Shown: positions 27,351 to 36,559, counted from the stretch's first letter. The stretch is 59,702 nucleotides of DNA from Alphaproteobacteria bacterium (GCA_050329975.1 JBHJOG010000155.1:1-59702), one strand, 5' to 3'. The notes: a model not told the origin generated them from the letters alone. Made by a program: numbers and translations.

Positions 27351-27979
27351 ACCCTGATCCGGGCCAGGAAGATGGCGTTGTACCATTCCATGCCCGAGAG
27401 CTGGCGCCGCCCGACCCCCGGCCACGGGTCGCGGACCACGACCCCGGTGACCTCGCCGTTGCCGGCCGCATCGCGCACATAGCTGATCGACGTCAGCACC
27501 ATCGCATGGCCCATGGTGCCGATGATCAGCGGCTTGTCGTTCGCCAGATCCTGTACGGCCGTGAACTGGTTGGCGGTGCGGCTGTCGCCTTCGACGGCGA
27601 AGCGGCGGCCGCCGCTATCGGTCCAGGGCCGGTTCAGGTTGCCCAGGATCTGGTCGGGATAGCCGGGCATGTTGACGATGTTGCCCCAGGTTTCCTCGAC
27701 GATCCGCTCCTGCGGCACGCTGAAGCCGTGGAAGCGGAAGACCATCGCGATGCAGGCTGCCCAGCACCACTGATTGAGATGCTGGCTGCCGACGGCGGCA
27801 GCGGTCTGCGACGCCAGGTCCGACCGGATGCCGGCCTCGCATTGCTGCAGCCCGTTGCGGTTGAAGTCGCCGCAGACCCGTTCGGCCGCCGCCGGCGATG
27901 CCAGCCCCATGCCGACCAGCGCGGTACCGGCTGCGGCGGCGCGCAGAAGGTTTCGACGTTCAGGAGAAAACTCGGCCAT
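27338..27979 (-). CDS. Tat-exported papain-like (C39-like) cysteine peptidase, hypothetical
   Basis: Uses the internal ATG 27979. Twin-arginine signal (SPERRNLLRAAAAGTALVGMGLASPAAA). Putative triad: Q-W-C-W-AAC (Cys), TMGHAMVL (His), VVRDPWPG (Asp). Confidence 0.6.
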   Translation of the reverse strand: MAEFSPERRNLLRAAAAGTALVGMGLASPAAAERVCGDFNRNGLQQCEAGIRSDLASQTAAAVGSQHLNQWCWAACIAMVFRFHGFSVPQERIVEETWGNIVNMPGYPDQILGNLNRPWTDSGGRRFAVEGDSRTANQFTAVQDLANDKPLIIGTMGHAMVLTSISYVRDAAGNGEVTGVVVRDPWPGVGRRQLSGMEWYNAIFLARIRVYPA

Positions 27980-28114
27980 GATTCCGCCCCATCCCTGGTG
28001 TTGCACCGCCAGGTCCACGCGGACGCATCGGGACAACCGTGCTCCCGACGGGGCGTCCACGCATGACCGAACCGTAATCCGGGATCGTGACCGCAGTGGG
28101 GCAGAATCGGGGCG

Positions 28115-29110
28115 CTACAGTGACCTGACCGCCACCGTCTCGGCGGCCGCGAGTTTCAACGGGTTGCGCAGCGGCCGGCCGAACAGGGCGCTCTCGACCT
28201 CGAACACGTCGCCCGGTTGCGGCTTGATGCCGTCGGCAAAACTGAGGGTCGCCGTGCCGAAGCTGTGGACGTGGACGTCGCCGGGCCGGCGGAAGCCGGG
28301 ATATTTGAAATGGTGCGCCTCCAGGTTGGCCAGGGTGTGGGACATGTTGGCCTCGCCGGAGAGGAACGGCTTTTCCCAGATCACCGTCCCATCGCGGCGG
28401 ATGCGCGACATTCCCTCCACCGTCGCCGGCAGCGGGCCGAGCAGCAGTTCCGGCCCGAACGAGAGCGTGCGCAGCTTGGAGTGGGCGAGCCACAGGTAGT
28501 TCTGCCGCTCCATGACGTGGTCGGAGAACTCGTTGGCGAGCGCATGGCCGACGCGCCACGGCGTGCCGTCCGGACCGATCACGTAGATGCCGACCACCTC
28601 GGGCTCCTCGCCGCCGTCGTCGGCGAAGGCCGGCTGGATCAGCGGCTGTTCCGGGGCGGCGAGAAAGCCGCCGTCGCCCTTGTAGAACCATTCAGGCTGG
28701 ACCCCGACCTGGCCCGGCGCCGGCTTGCCCTCCTCCAGCCCCATCCGGAACATCTTCATCGAATCGGTGAGGGTCTCGACGGCGACTCCGGTCACCTTCT
28801 GGTGCATCGAATCGCGGGTCGCAGCCGATCCCAGATGGGTCAGGCCGGTGCCGGTGACCAGCAGGTGGGCGCTGTCCGGGTGGTCGATCGGGCACAGCAG
28901 CCGCCGCTCGGCAACAATGGCGTCGTAGTCCTCGGCTCCGGCGACAGGGCAGACGGCAGCAGCGTCCTGCAGCGAGCCGCCACCGTCGATCGCCCGGTTG
29001 GCGAGTTGATAGGTGGTTTCGACGCCGGCAAGCCGCTCGAGCCGGCTGCCATCAGTGATCCGGCCGACGGCGCGGCCGCCGTCGGGGGTGGTGAACTGGA
29101 TAAGGCGCAT
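28115..29110 (-). CDS. FAH-family (GguC-like) protein
   Basis: 331 aa. MRLIQFTTPDGGRAVG N-terminus and a fumarylacetoacetase-like C-terminal half (EPEVVGIYVIGPDG, SHTLANLEAHHFKY). Confidence 0.65.
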   Translation of the reverse strand: MRLIQFTTPDGGRAVGRITDGSRLERLAGVETTYQLANRAIDGGGSLQDAAAVCPVAGAEDYDAIVAERRLLCPIDHPDSAHLLVTGTGLTHLGSAATRDSMHQKVTGVAVETLTDSMKMFRMGLEEGKPAPGQVGVQPEWFYKGDGGFLAAPEQPLIQPAFADDGGEEPEVVGIYVIGPDGTPWRVGHALANEFSDHVMERQNYLWLAHSKLRTLSFGPELLLGPLPATVEGMSRIRRDGTVIWEKPFLSGEANMSHTLANLEAHHFKYPGFRRPGDVHVHSFGTATLSFADGIKPQPGDVFEVESALFGRPLRNPLKLAAAETVAVRSL

Positions 29111-29194
29111 CGGGCGTTTCCACGTTTGTCGTTGTCGGATGCGCCCGTAATACGGCCTGCGCCGCGAGAAGAACAGATGTTCGTGTGGCGGCCG

Positions 29195-30559
29195 CTAGCG
29201 GTCCCCGGACTGGCGGATCCGGGCGATGAATGCGCGTGCTTCCACATCGAGGTCGCCGGCCTGCTGGCGGACGTCCGACGAGGCGCTGCTGACCAGCCCG
29301 GCGCTGGTCTGGGTGCGGGTGGCCGCGTCGGCGACGAGGCGGATCACCTGTTCCACCGCGGCAACGCCAGTTGCCGTCTCGGCGATGCTGCGCGCGATCT
29401 CCTGGGTGACCGACGTCTGCTCCTCGATCGCGGTGGCGATGGCGGCCGAGGTTTCGCCCACTCGGCTGATCGAGCCGGTGATCGACTCGATCTCGCCGCC
29501 GACTCCGGCCGCCGCGTCCTGGATCGCCTTCACCTGGCCGGCGATCTCGCCGGTCGCACTGGCGGTCTGCTGGGCGAGGTGCTTGACCTCGCCGGCGACC
29601 ACCGCAAAGCCCTTGCCGGCCTCGCCGGCCCGGGCCGCCTCGATGGTGGCGTTCAGCGCCAGCAGGTTGGTCTGCTCGGCGATCGCCTCGATCAGCCGGA
29701 CGATGCCGCCGACCCTTTCGGCGGCCTCGTGCAGGCGGCCGACACTGCCCGACATGGTCTGCGCTTTGCCGACGGCGTCGTCGGTCACCCGCCCCGCGTC
29801 GGCGACCTGGGTCGAGATCTCGGTGATCGAGGCCGACAGTTCCTCGACCGCTGCCGCGACCGCCTGGACATTGGCGTTCGCTTCGGCGGCCCGGTGGGTG
29901 GCCTTGTCGACCTCGCCGGTGGTGCCGACCGCCGTGCGCTCCAGGCCGGACGCCTCGGTCGCCAGACCGCCGGCCGAAACTGCCAGCGCGCCGGAGATGC
30001 GGGAGATCACCGCGCCGAACTGATCGCCCAGCTCGTTGAGCCGGCGGGTGAAGTCCCGGTCCTTCTCCGCCAGATAGACCGAGATCGCCAGGTCCATGTC
30101 CAGCGAGATCGCCTTGTCGATCGCTTCGATCAGCCGGGCGGCGCGCCCGACCCGGCCGGCGATTCCGATCGGCCCGCCGCGAAGCGCGCCGGCCAGCACC
30201 GCCCGGATCAGCGCCTGCTTCACCAGGCCGTAGGCGCCGATGTACCAGCCGGGCTCCAACCCAAGCGCGCAATGGGCCTTGCCGATGCGCTCGACCGAGG
30301 CGAAGTAGTCGTCGTCGAAAAGGCCGGAGAAGATCCGCATCCAGTGCCGCGACTGGGCGTCGCGGGCATGCTGGATATGGGCCTCGTCCTTGAACATCTC
30401 GGCGAGGTGCTTTTCCTGCAGGATGTGGCGGTAGAAGGCGTCGAGGATCGGCGGGATGAGGGTCTTCAGTTGAGGCTGGAACCCACGCAGCAAGGCACGC
30501 GCATCTTCGTCCAGCCGCAGGTAGGCCAGTTTCCGGCTCTGATCCTTCGTTGTCGACAT
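29195..30559 (-). CDS. Globin-coupled chemoreceptor (HemAT-like protoglobin sensor + MCP signalling domain)
   Basis: Uses the internal ATG 30559 with a GGAGAC Shine-Dalgarno. N-terminal protoglobin-like region ([16 protein letters not shown]...FYRHILQ...[20 protein letters not shown]) with no TM helices. MCP tip [38 protein letters not shown]. Confidence 0.85.
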   Translation of the reverse strand: MSTTKDQSRKLAYLRLDEDARALLRGFQPQLKTLIPPILDAFYRHILQEKHLAEMFKDEAHIQHARDAQSRHWMRIFSGLFDDDYFASVERIGKAHCALGLEPGWYIGAYGLVKQALIRAVLAGALRGGPIGIAGRVGRAARLIEAIDKAISLDMDLAISVYLAEKDRDFTRRLNELGDQFGAVISRISGALAVSAGGLATEASGLERTAVGTTGEVDKATHRAAEANANVQAVAAAVEELSASITEISTQVADAGRVTDDAVGKAQTMSGSVGRLHEAAERVGGIVRLIEAIAEQTNLLALNATIEAARAGEAGKGFAVVAGEVKHLAQQTASATGEIAGQVKAIQDAAAGVGGEIESITGSISRVGETSAAIATAIEEQTSVTQEIARSIAETATGVAAVEQVIRLVADAATRTQTSAGLVSSASSDVRQQAGDLDVEARAFIARIRQSGDR

Positions 30560-30709
30560 GGTGGGTCTCCAGGCGGAAGCCGCGCAAGTTCTTTGCGGGC
30601 GATCCGAATGACGGGCGGGGCGCCTCGCCCGCTGTGCTGCGGGCGGCACTAGACCGGTTTAAGAGAAGGTGGTGAAGGGGGCGTTAACCCGGCTCCGCGC
30701 GGACGATCC

Positions 30710-33133
30710 TCAGTAGACCGCGGTGAAGCGGCCGGCTTCCATCCGGCCGATGCGGCGCCCGTTGGAGTCGTCGACGACGGCGCCGTAGCCGTTGGGCGCA
30801 TTTCCGGTCCATTCGCCGGAAACCGTAACCCCCAGCGCGGACTCGCTGACGCCCAGGCCGCTGATCTGGCCGGCGGCCCATTCGCCGGCGAAGACGACGC
30901 CGCTCGGATAGTGGTAGACGCCGAGCCCATGCGGCACGCGGTCGCGCTCCTCGCCGGCGTAGCGGCTGTCGCTCTGGAACAGGTGGACGCCGAGCCGCGG
31001 CTCGTTGTTCTCGAACAGACCGGCGAAGCTCTGGCCGTTCGACGCCTGCAGCACGCCGTAGCCTTCGAGCGTGGCGCCGCTGACCTCGCCGCGATAGATG
31101 CCGGCCGCCCAGGAGACCTCGACTGCGTCCGGGCCGTGCGCCAGCTCCTGCGCCCTGTCTGCGGCCTCTTCCGCCCGGTCCGCGGTCGCCCGGGCCGCGT
31201 CGGCGACAGCGGAAGCCGCGGCCACCGCGAGCTCGGCGCGCTGGCGGGCGCTGAGGGTGCCGGTGTGCTCGCCTTCCAGGGTCGCCTGAAAGCGCTCGAG
31301 GGCGGCCTGGGAGCCGCGACCGAAGATGCCGTCGAGGCTGCCGGTGTAGAGATCGAGCGCCTGCAGCGCGCGTTGCGCGAGCCGCAGGTCATCGCTCCCC
31401 GCGGCCGCGGCATCCCATGGCGCCGCACCGTCCTCGGTCGGTGCCGGGGTCACGATGATCGACTGGCGGAGGAAAACCTCGCTGCCATGCGGGTCGCGCA
31501 CGCTCAGGGCCAGCGACCCGGCGTCGCCCGACTGGCCGGGACTGGGCGCGTAGGACAGGCTGGCCAGCGCCTCCAGGTCGAGCGACTGGCCGGGGGCCAA
31601 TGGCTCGTCCCCGGTCATGACCTGGCCGAATCGCGGCAGGGCGCTGACGGTGATGGTCAGCGGATCGCCGTCGGGGTCGCTCGGCGGCGGAATGGTCAGC
31701 GGGAGCGGCGACGCGTTGGCCGCGACGGAAATGCCAGCCAGGTCGACCGCCACGGGCGGACGGTTCTCGCCGGCGACGACCTCGATCCGGATGGTCGCGG
31801 TCAGGGTGCCGCCGGCCGGATCGCTGATCGCAAGCCGGAAGGCCTCGCCGGATGCCGGCTCGGCACCGGGGGAGATCACCAGCTCGTCGAGCTGGTCGAC
31901 CGACAGCATGTCGCCGACCGCGAGCGGTGTCTCGTGCAGCGCGATGGTGGCGGCGGCCGGCAGGGCCAGCACCTCGACGGTGAGCGGATCGCCGTCCGGG
32001 TCGGTCGGCTCGGGCAGGCCCGCGGCCACCGGGTCGCCGCCGGCTGTGAGCCGGATCGTCAGTGGTGCCTCGAAGGTCGGCGGGCGGTTACCGTCGGCCG
32101 GATCGCCGCCGGTGCCGACAGGGATGTCCTCATCCGCATTCGAGGGGGGCGTGTCCTCTTCGCCAGCCGCCGCGAGCGCCGTGGCGAGGTCGTCGCGCAG
32201 GCGTCGGGCCTCCTCGGCGAAGACGCCCTGCGGATAGAGCTGCAGGTAGAAGCTGAGCGCCGTCAGCCGCTCGGTATCGCCGTCCTCCTCGCCGATCGTT
32301 TCCCAGATCCGTTGCTCGGAAGCATCGACCCCCAGGGGCTCGTCCTCGGGCAGCATGACGAAAGGCTCGTCCAGGGTGTCGCGGACCCAGGGCGGCGGCG
32401 CGCTGCCGCGCAGGCGCGCCATCTGGTCGCGGGCCTGTGCCAGGGCGTCGCGCAGCGAGGCACCCGGCTCCGTGGCCTGCCGCAGGATCTGGGCGGTGAA
32501 GTCGCCGAGAGTGGGATCGGCGCCGGCGATGGTCGCGTTGGGCTCGACGGCGAAGGCGAAGGCGGAGGGTATCGTGGTGGCCGGCGGCTCGGCCATGCCG
32601 TTGGCGAGCGCGCCGTCGCCTGTCGGGTCGACCGCAAGCCCGGCTTCGAGGAAGTACAGCGCGCTATGGAGCTCCGCCTCTTCGATCTGCCGGATCAGCG
32701 TGTTCAGCGGCAGGCCGGCGCTCAGCAGCGAAGTCGCCCGGTCGATCCGGGCGTTGGTCGGGATCAGGTAGTTGTTGTCCTTGTACTGCAGCACATGGCC
32801 GGCGAAATAGACGATGCCGACCTCGCCGGCGCGCAGCTTGCCGATGAAGCGCTGGCTGGCGGCCAGCATCTCCCCCTGGGTGAGGTTGACGAACTGCAGC
32901 ACCTCGAACCCGGTCTGCCGAAGGTAGACCGCAACGCCGGCGGCATCCGCGGTGGAACCGGGAACGTTGGGCAGGTGCAGATAGGATTCGTTTCCGATCA
33001 CCAGGGCTACGCCCTGGCCGGCTGCGGGGCTGGCGGCGGAATCGGGCTGTGCGGCGACAGGCGCCTGAAGGACGGGTGTGCAGAGACTGACGAGTGCAAC
33101 CGTCAATGCGGCGAACAGACGAGATCCCGGCAT
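30710..33133 (-). CDS. Caspase-fold paralogue lacking the catalytic Cys (pseudo-caspase) + 2 cadherin-like repeats + PG-binding + MORN repeats
   Basis: Uses the internal ATG 33133 with a signal peptide (LFAALTVALVSLCTPVLQAPVAAQ). VALVIGNESY and YFAGHV retain the His. The segment aligned to LDACRDNP reads LEAGLAVDP, with the Gly codon at 32639-32641. Also has PG_binding_1-like QRALQALDLYTGSLDGIFGRGSQAALERFQ and MORN-like YRGEVSGATLEGYGVLQASNGQSFAGLF. Confidence 0.8.
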   Translation of the reverse strand: MPGSRLFAALTVALVSLCTPVLQAPVAAQPDSAASPAAGQGVALVIGNESYLHLPNVPGSTADAAGVAVYLRQTGFEVLQFVNLTQGEMLAASQRFIGKLRAGEVGIVYFAGHVLQYKDNNYLIPTNARIDRATSLLSAGLPLNTLIRQIEEAELHSALYFLEAGLAVDPTGDGALANGMAEPPATTIPSAFAFAVEPNATIAGADPTLGDFTAQILRQATEPGASLRDALAQARDQMARLRGSAPPPWVRDTLDEPFVMLPEDEPLGVDASEQRIWETIGEEDGDTERLTALSFYLQLYPQGVFAEEARRLRDDLATALAAAGEEDTPPSNADEDIPVGTGGDPADGNRPPTFEAPLTIRLTAGGDPVAAGLPEPTDPDGDPLTVEVLALPAAATIALHETPLAVGDMLSVDQLDELVISPGAEPASGEAFRLAISDPAGGTLTATIRIEVVAGENRPPVAVDLAGISVAANASPLPLTIPPPSDPDGDPLTITVSALPRFGQVMTGDEPLAPGQSLDLEALASLSYAPSPGQSGDAGSLALSVRDPHGSEVFLRQSIIVTPAPTEDGAAPWDAAAAGSDDLRLAQRALQALDLYTGSLDGIFGRGSQAALERFQATLEGEHTGTLSARQRAELAVAAASAVADAARATADRAEEAADRAQELAHGPDAVEVSWAAGIYRGEVSGATLEGYGVLQASNGQSFAGLFENNEPRLGVHLFQSDSRYAGEERDRVPHGLGVYHYPSGVVFAGEWAAGQISGLGVSESALGVTVSGEWTGNAPNGYGAVVDDSNGRRIGRMEAGRFTAVY
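31436..32083 (-). repeat. Two in-frame tandem 324-nt (108-aa) cadherin-like repeats, same module and period as in 12114..13733
   Basis: Units start with Pro-Pro codons at 32083 and 31759 on the minus strand, spaced exactly 324 nt apart. They share the P.[TS]DPDGDPLT motif with the other gene. Confidence 0.75.
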
Positions 33134-33321
33134 GTCGCGGCAGCTTTCCTGCTGATGGCATTCAGGGTGCGCCGCCGCCGGCACGCGGTCGGACGCAATG
33201 TCCGACACTAGTCAGTCCTGCAGCATATTAACACTGCCGAGATGCGCCCGAAACGATCCGCGGGTCCGCCGCGCATCAGCTCGGGCGCCTCGCCGTGCTC
33301 TGGCGGAGACCGGCGAGGCGC

Positions 33322-33350
33322 GGACGCGGTCCGGGTGGCGGGCCGCGTCC
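33322..33350 (-). terminator. Hairpin downstream of the fasciclin gene
   Basis: GGACGCGG / CCGCGTCC 8-bp stem with a 13-nt loop, 16 nt past the stop at 33366. No U-tract. Confidence 0.4.
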
Positions 33351-33365
33351 TGAAGTGCTCTTGCC

Positions 33366-33926
33366 TCAGCTGGCCGGCAGCAGCACCCGGTCGATGACGT
33401 GAATCACGCCGTTCGACTGGCGGACATCGGCGATGGTCACGGTCGCAACGCCGCCGGTCTCGTCGGTCAGCGTGATGCTGTCGCCGTCGATCTTGGCCTG
33501 CAACGTGCAGCCGCCGACGGTCGGCACCGCATGCGTGCCGCCGTCTCCGGCGATCATGTGGAAGATGGCGTCCGACATGGCGCTGGCCGCCACGACGTGA
33601 CAGGCGAGAATCGTGGCGAGCTGGTCCTTGTTCTCGGGCTGCAGCAGCGTCTCGACCGTGCCCTCCGGCAGGGCTGCGAAGGCGTCGTTGGTCGGGGCGA
33701 AGACGGTAAAGGGTCCGTCGCCCTGCAGGGTCTCGACCAGCCCGGCCGCCTGTACCGCGGCGACCAGCGTCGTGTGGTCGGCCGAGTTCACCGCGTTCTC
33801 GACGATCGTCTTGTCGGCATACATCGCCGAACCGCCCACCATCGGGTTGTCCTGGGCAAGGGCGGCGCCGGCCAACGACATGAACGCGACCGCGCCGGCT
33901 AGACCTGTGGAGGTGACTGCACGCAT
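33366..33926 (-). CDS. Fasciclin (FAS1)-domain secreted protein
   Basis: ATG 33926 with a GGAGAT Shine-Dalgarno. Signal peptide ([18 protein letters not shown]). FAS1 motifs [32 protein letters not shown] and [13 protein letters not shown]. Confidence 0.9.
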   Translation of the reverse strand: MRAVTSTGLAGAVAFMSLAGAALAQDNPMVGGSAMYADKTIVENAVNSADHTTLVAAVQAAGLVETLQGDGPFTVFAPTNDAFAALPEGTVETLLQPENKDQLATILACHVVAASAMSDAIFHMIAGDGGTHAVPTVGGCTLQAKIDGDSITLTDETGGVATVTIADVRQSNGVIHVIDRVLLPAS

Positions 33927-33978
33927 TTCCGGTATCTCCATTGTTCCATCCCTCTCATCGCGTGGGGACGGGAGAAGC

Positions 33979-34004
33979 TACGGAGGCCGGGCATGCGAAG
34001 TTTC
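33979..34004 (-). promoter_or_regulatory. Candidate ECF-type promoter GAAAC-N13-CCTCCGTA upstream of the fasciclin gene
   Basis: The minus strand reads ccgcGAAACttcgcatgcccggCCTCCGTAg. It lies between the anti-sigma stop (34018) and the fasciclin ATG (33926). Architecture and -10 heptamer are the same as at 35377-35402. Confidence 0.45.
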
Positions 34005-34017
34005 GCGGCGGGGAAAA

Positions 34018-34743
34018 CTAAATCGACTTCAGGTCGCCGGCGGCGACGACGGGCCCGGTGGGCTGGCCGGTCGGCGAGCCGCCGGCGGGCTCGAGGCTGA
34101 TCGCGAAGACCGCGTTGGTGCCGATCGGTGGGCTGGTGTCGGGATCCAGCTCGAGCTGCACGTTGGCGCCGACCGGGATGACGCCGAGGGATGCCGGCGC
34201 GCCCTCACCCTCCAGCACCCAAAGCTCGAAATCATGTCCTTCCGCCCGGGCTCCGGTGACGTGGGACAGCGCGACCTCGCCGGTGCCGGCGTCGTAGATG
34301 ACGAAGTAGTGCACGTCGGTATCGTCGTGGGCCAGGGACGCCACCAGCCTGGCCGAGCGCTCTGCGGGGGGCGGGACCAGGTAGGCCAGCGCCGCGACCG
34401 CAAGCAGCGCGACCACGGCCGCAGCCGCCAGCCCGCGCCAGAACCCCAGGCTGTTCCATAGGCCGGGTCGCTCGGTCCTCGTGCCGGCGGCGCCCCGGGC
34501 CGCGAAGAGCATCTCGTCGAGCCGCCGCTTGGCGGCCTGCGGCGGCTCGACCTCCTCATAGGCTTCGGCGAGCGGCGCCAACCGCATCTCCCACGCATCG
34601 ACCAGGCCGGCGAACACCGGGTCCGACTCGATCCGGCTGGCCGCCTCGAGCCGTTCCTGCGGCGGCAGGACACCCAGAACATATTCGGCGGCGAGGGTAT
34701 CGTCGCCTCCGCGTTCCAGGTCGCTGTCGTCACCCGCGCTCAT
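34018..34743 (-). CDS. Anti-sigma factor (RskA-like, single TM)
   Basis: ATG 34743 overlaps the sigma gene stop (ATGA). N-terminal LAAEYVLGVLPPQERLE motif, central TM (GLAAAAVVALLAVAALAYLV), and a periplasmic C-terminal domain. Confidence 0.8.
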   Translation of the reverse strand: MSAGDDSDLERGGDDTLAAEYVLGVLPPQERLEAASRIESDPVFAGLVDAWEMRLAPLAEAYEEVEPPQAAKRRLDEMLFAARGAAGTRTERPGLWNSLGFWRGLAAAAVVALLAVAALAYLVPPPAERSARLVASLAHDDTDVHYFVIYDAGTGEVALSHVTGARAEGHDFELWVLEGEGAPASLGVIPVGANVQLELDPDTSPPIGTNAVFAISLEPAGGSPTGQPTGPVVAAGDLKSI

Positions 34744-35276
34744 CGCTCGAGGCATTCCCTCAGTTTCATCAGGCTGCGGCGCAGCCAGGTTCGCATGGTA
34801 TTCAACGGCACGTCGAACCGTTCGGCGAGTTCGGCATAGCTCGCCCCGTCGAGATAGGCGCCACGAACGGCCATTGCGCGAGGCGTTTCGAGCTCATCGA
34901 GACAGCCATCGATCCGATTGCGCTGGCTGGCCGACTCTGCCAGGGACTCGGGCCCCGGGGCGGGATCGGCCACATCGAGCGCGGTGTCCAGGTCGACCGC
35001 CGGCCTGCGGCGCGCCCTGACCCGGTCGATCGCATGGTTGCGCGCGATCGCGACCAGCCAGGAGATCGGGCTCAGCTCCGAAATCGCGAAGCGGTCCGCC
35101 TTCGTCCAGATCTTGACGAACACGTCCTGCAGCGCTTCTTCGGCTTCCGCCCTGTCCCCCAAGACACGCAGGCAGACGCCGAAGAGTTTCGCGCTGGTTT
35201 GCCGGTAGAGCAAATCGAACGCGGCACGATCCTTCAGCGATGTTCGGACGATCAGTTTCGTGATGTCATGCGCCAT
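34740..35276 (-). CDS. ECF-family RNA polymerase sigma factor (SigK-like)
   Basis: Uses the internal ATG 35276. Region 2 (AFDLLYRQTSAKLFGVCLRVLGDRAEAEEALQDVFVKIW, SWLVAIARNHAIDRVR) and region 4 (ASYAELAERFDVPLNTMRTWLRRSL). Confidence 0.9.
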   Translation of the reverse strand: MAHDITKLIVRTSLKDRAAFDLLYRQTSAKLFGVCLRVLGDRAEAEEALQDVFVKIWTKADRFAISELSPISWLVAIARNHAIDRVRARRRPAVDLDTALDVADPAPGPESLAESASQRNRIDGCLDELETPRAMAVRGAYLDGASYAELAERFDVPLNTMRTWLRRSLMKLRECLER

Positions 35277-35376
35277 CGGTATCCGGCATCGTATCGCCTC
35301 GGGCCCGGTTTGCAATGCCCGCCTGAGGATCCGCTAGCAAGCGCATTGACCGGCCGGACCGCTATGCTAGCTTGCC

Positions 35377-35402
35377 GGAACGGCTCACCGACCCCCTCCG
35401 TC
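35377..35402 (+). promoter_or_regulatory. Candidate ECF-type promoter GGAAC-N13-CCTCCGTC upstream of tssA
   Basis: The plus strand reads gccGGAACggctcaccgacccCCTCCGTCgg, 30 nt upstream of the tssA ATG (35432) in the 155-nt divergent region shared with the ECF sigma gene. Confidence 0.45.
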
Positions 35403-35431
35403 GGCGCGCCTGCAAAGGATCCAAGCATTTC

Positions 35432-36559
35432 ATGGCGACGGCCCCACTGCTCGATTTCAACGCGCTGACGCGCCCGATCGCAGACGACAATCCGGTCGGC
35501 GAGGATTTGCGTGCGGATGCCTCCCCGACCTCGATCTACTATCGGCTGAAGGACGCTCGATCCACTGCCCGCGCGGCCGAGCGCCAGTTGACGGCCGAGG
35601 GCGAGACCGGCGTCACCCCGGACCAGTGGCGCGTACTGCTGGACCTCGGGCCCACGGTGCTGGCCGAACGCACCAAGGACCTGGAAGTCGCCGCGTGGAT
35701 GATCGAGGCCATGGTCCGCTACCACGGGTTCGCCGGGTTGCGGGACGGGTTTCGGCTGATCACCGCGCTGGTCGGCGATTTCTGGGACTCGATCTACCCA
35801 CTGCCCGACGAGGACGGGCTGGAGACCAGGATCGCGCCGCTGACCGGGCTCAACGGCGAGGGAGCGGACGGCACCCTGATCCTGCCGATCCGGCAGATTC
35901 CGCTGACCGAGCCCGGCGATCTCGGCGCTTTTGCCTTCTGGCACCACGAGCAGGCGACGGCCCTGGCCCGCATCGTCGACGACGACAAGCGCCAGGCGCG
36001 GATCAACGCCGGCGCGATCACCACCGAGCAGTTCAACGCCGCGGTGATGGGCACGTCCCCCAGCTTCTTCCAGCAGCTGCTGGACGATGCGCAGGAGGCG
36101 ACGGCCGCCTTCGCCGACCTGGAGGTGAAGCTCGGGGAGGTCTGCGGGTCGGACGGGCCGCCGACCGGCGCCATTCGCAGCGCCATGGCCGATGTGATCG
36201 GACTGGCCCAGTTCGTGGCGAAGGACAGGCTTCCGCTGGCCGCCGCAGAACCCGCCGCCGAAGCGGCGGCGGGGGACGGAGCCGCTGCCGGCGGCGGGGC
36301 GGCCGAGGCGCCCAGGGCTGGAGGCGGCAGCAGCGACGCGATCGCCAACCGCGAGGATGCGTTCCGGCTGATCCTGAAGGCCGCGGAGTGGTTCCGGCGC
36401 AACGAGCCGCATTCGCCGATTTCCTACACGCTGGAGGATCTGGTGCGCCGCGGGCGTATGCCGCTGCGCGAGCTGCTGCAGGAACTGATACCCGACGAGA
36501 GCGCCCGGAGCAGTTTCCTGGCGCTGGCCGGCATTCGTCCGCGGGACGGCGGCGATTAG
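35432..36559 (+). CDS. tssA: Type VI secretion protein TssA (ImpA N-terminal domain)
   Basis: Uses the internal ATG 35432. ImpA_N signature LLDFNALTRPIADDNPVGEDLRADASPTSIYYRLKDAR. Ala/Gly-rich linker. C-terminal SPISYTLEDLVRRGRMPLRELL. Confidence 0.85.
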   Translation: MATAPLLDFNALTRPIADDNPVGEDLRADASPTSIYYRLKDARSTARAAERQLTAEGETGVTPDQWRVLLDLGPTVLAERTKDLEVAAWMIEAMVRYHGFAGLRDGFRLITALVGDFWDSIYPLPDEDGLETRIAPLTGLNGEGADGTLILPIRQIPLTEPGDLGAFAFWHHEQATALARIVDDDKRQARINAGAITTEQFNAAVMGTSPSFFQQLLDDAQEATAAFADLEVKLGEVCGSDGPPTGAIRSAMADVIGLAQFVAKDRLPLAAAEPAAEAAAGDGAAAGGGAAEAPRAGGGSSDAIANREDAFRLILKAAEWFRRNEPHSPISYTLEDLVRRGRMPLRELLQELIPDESARSSFLALAGIRPRDGGD

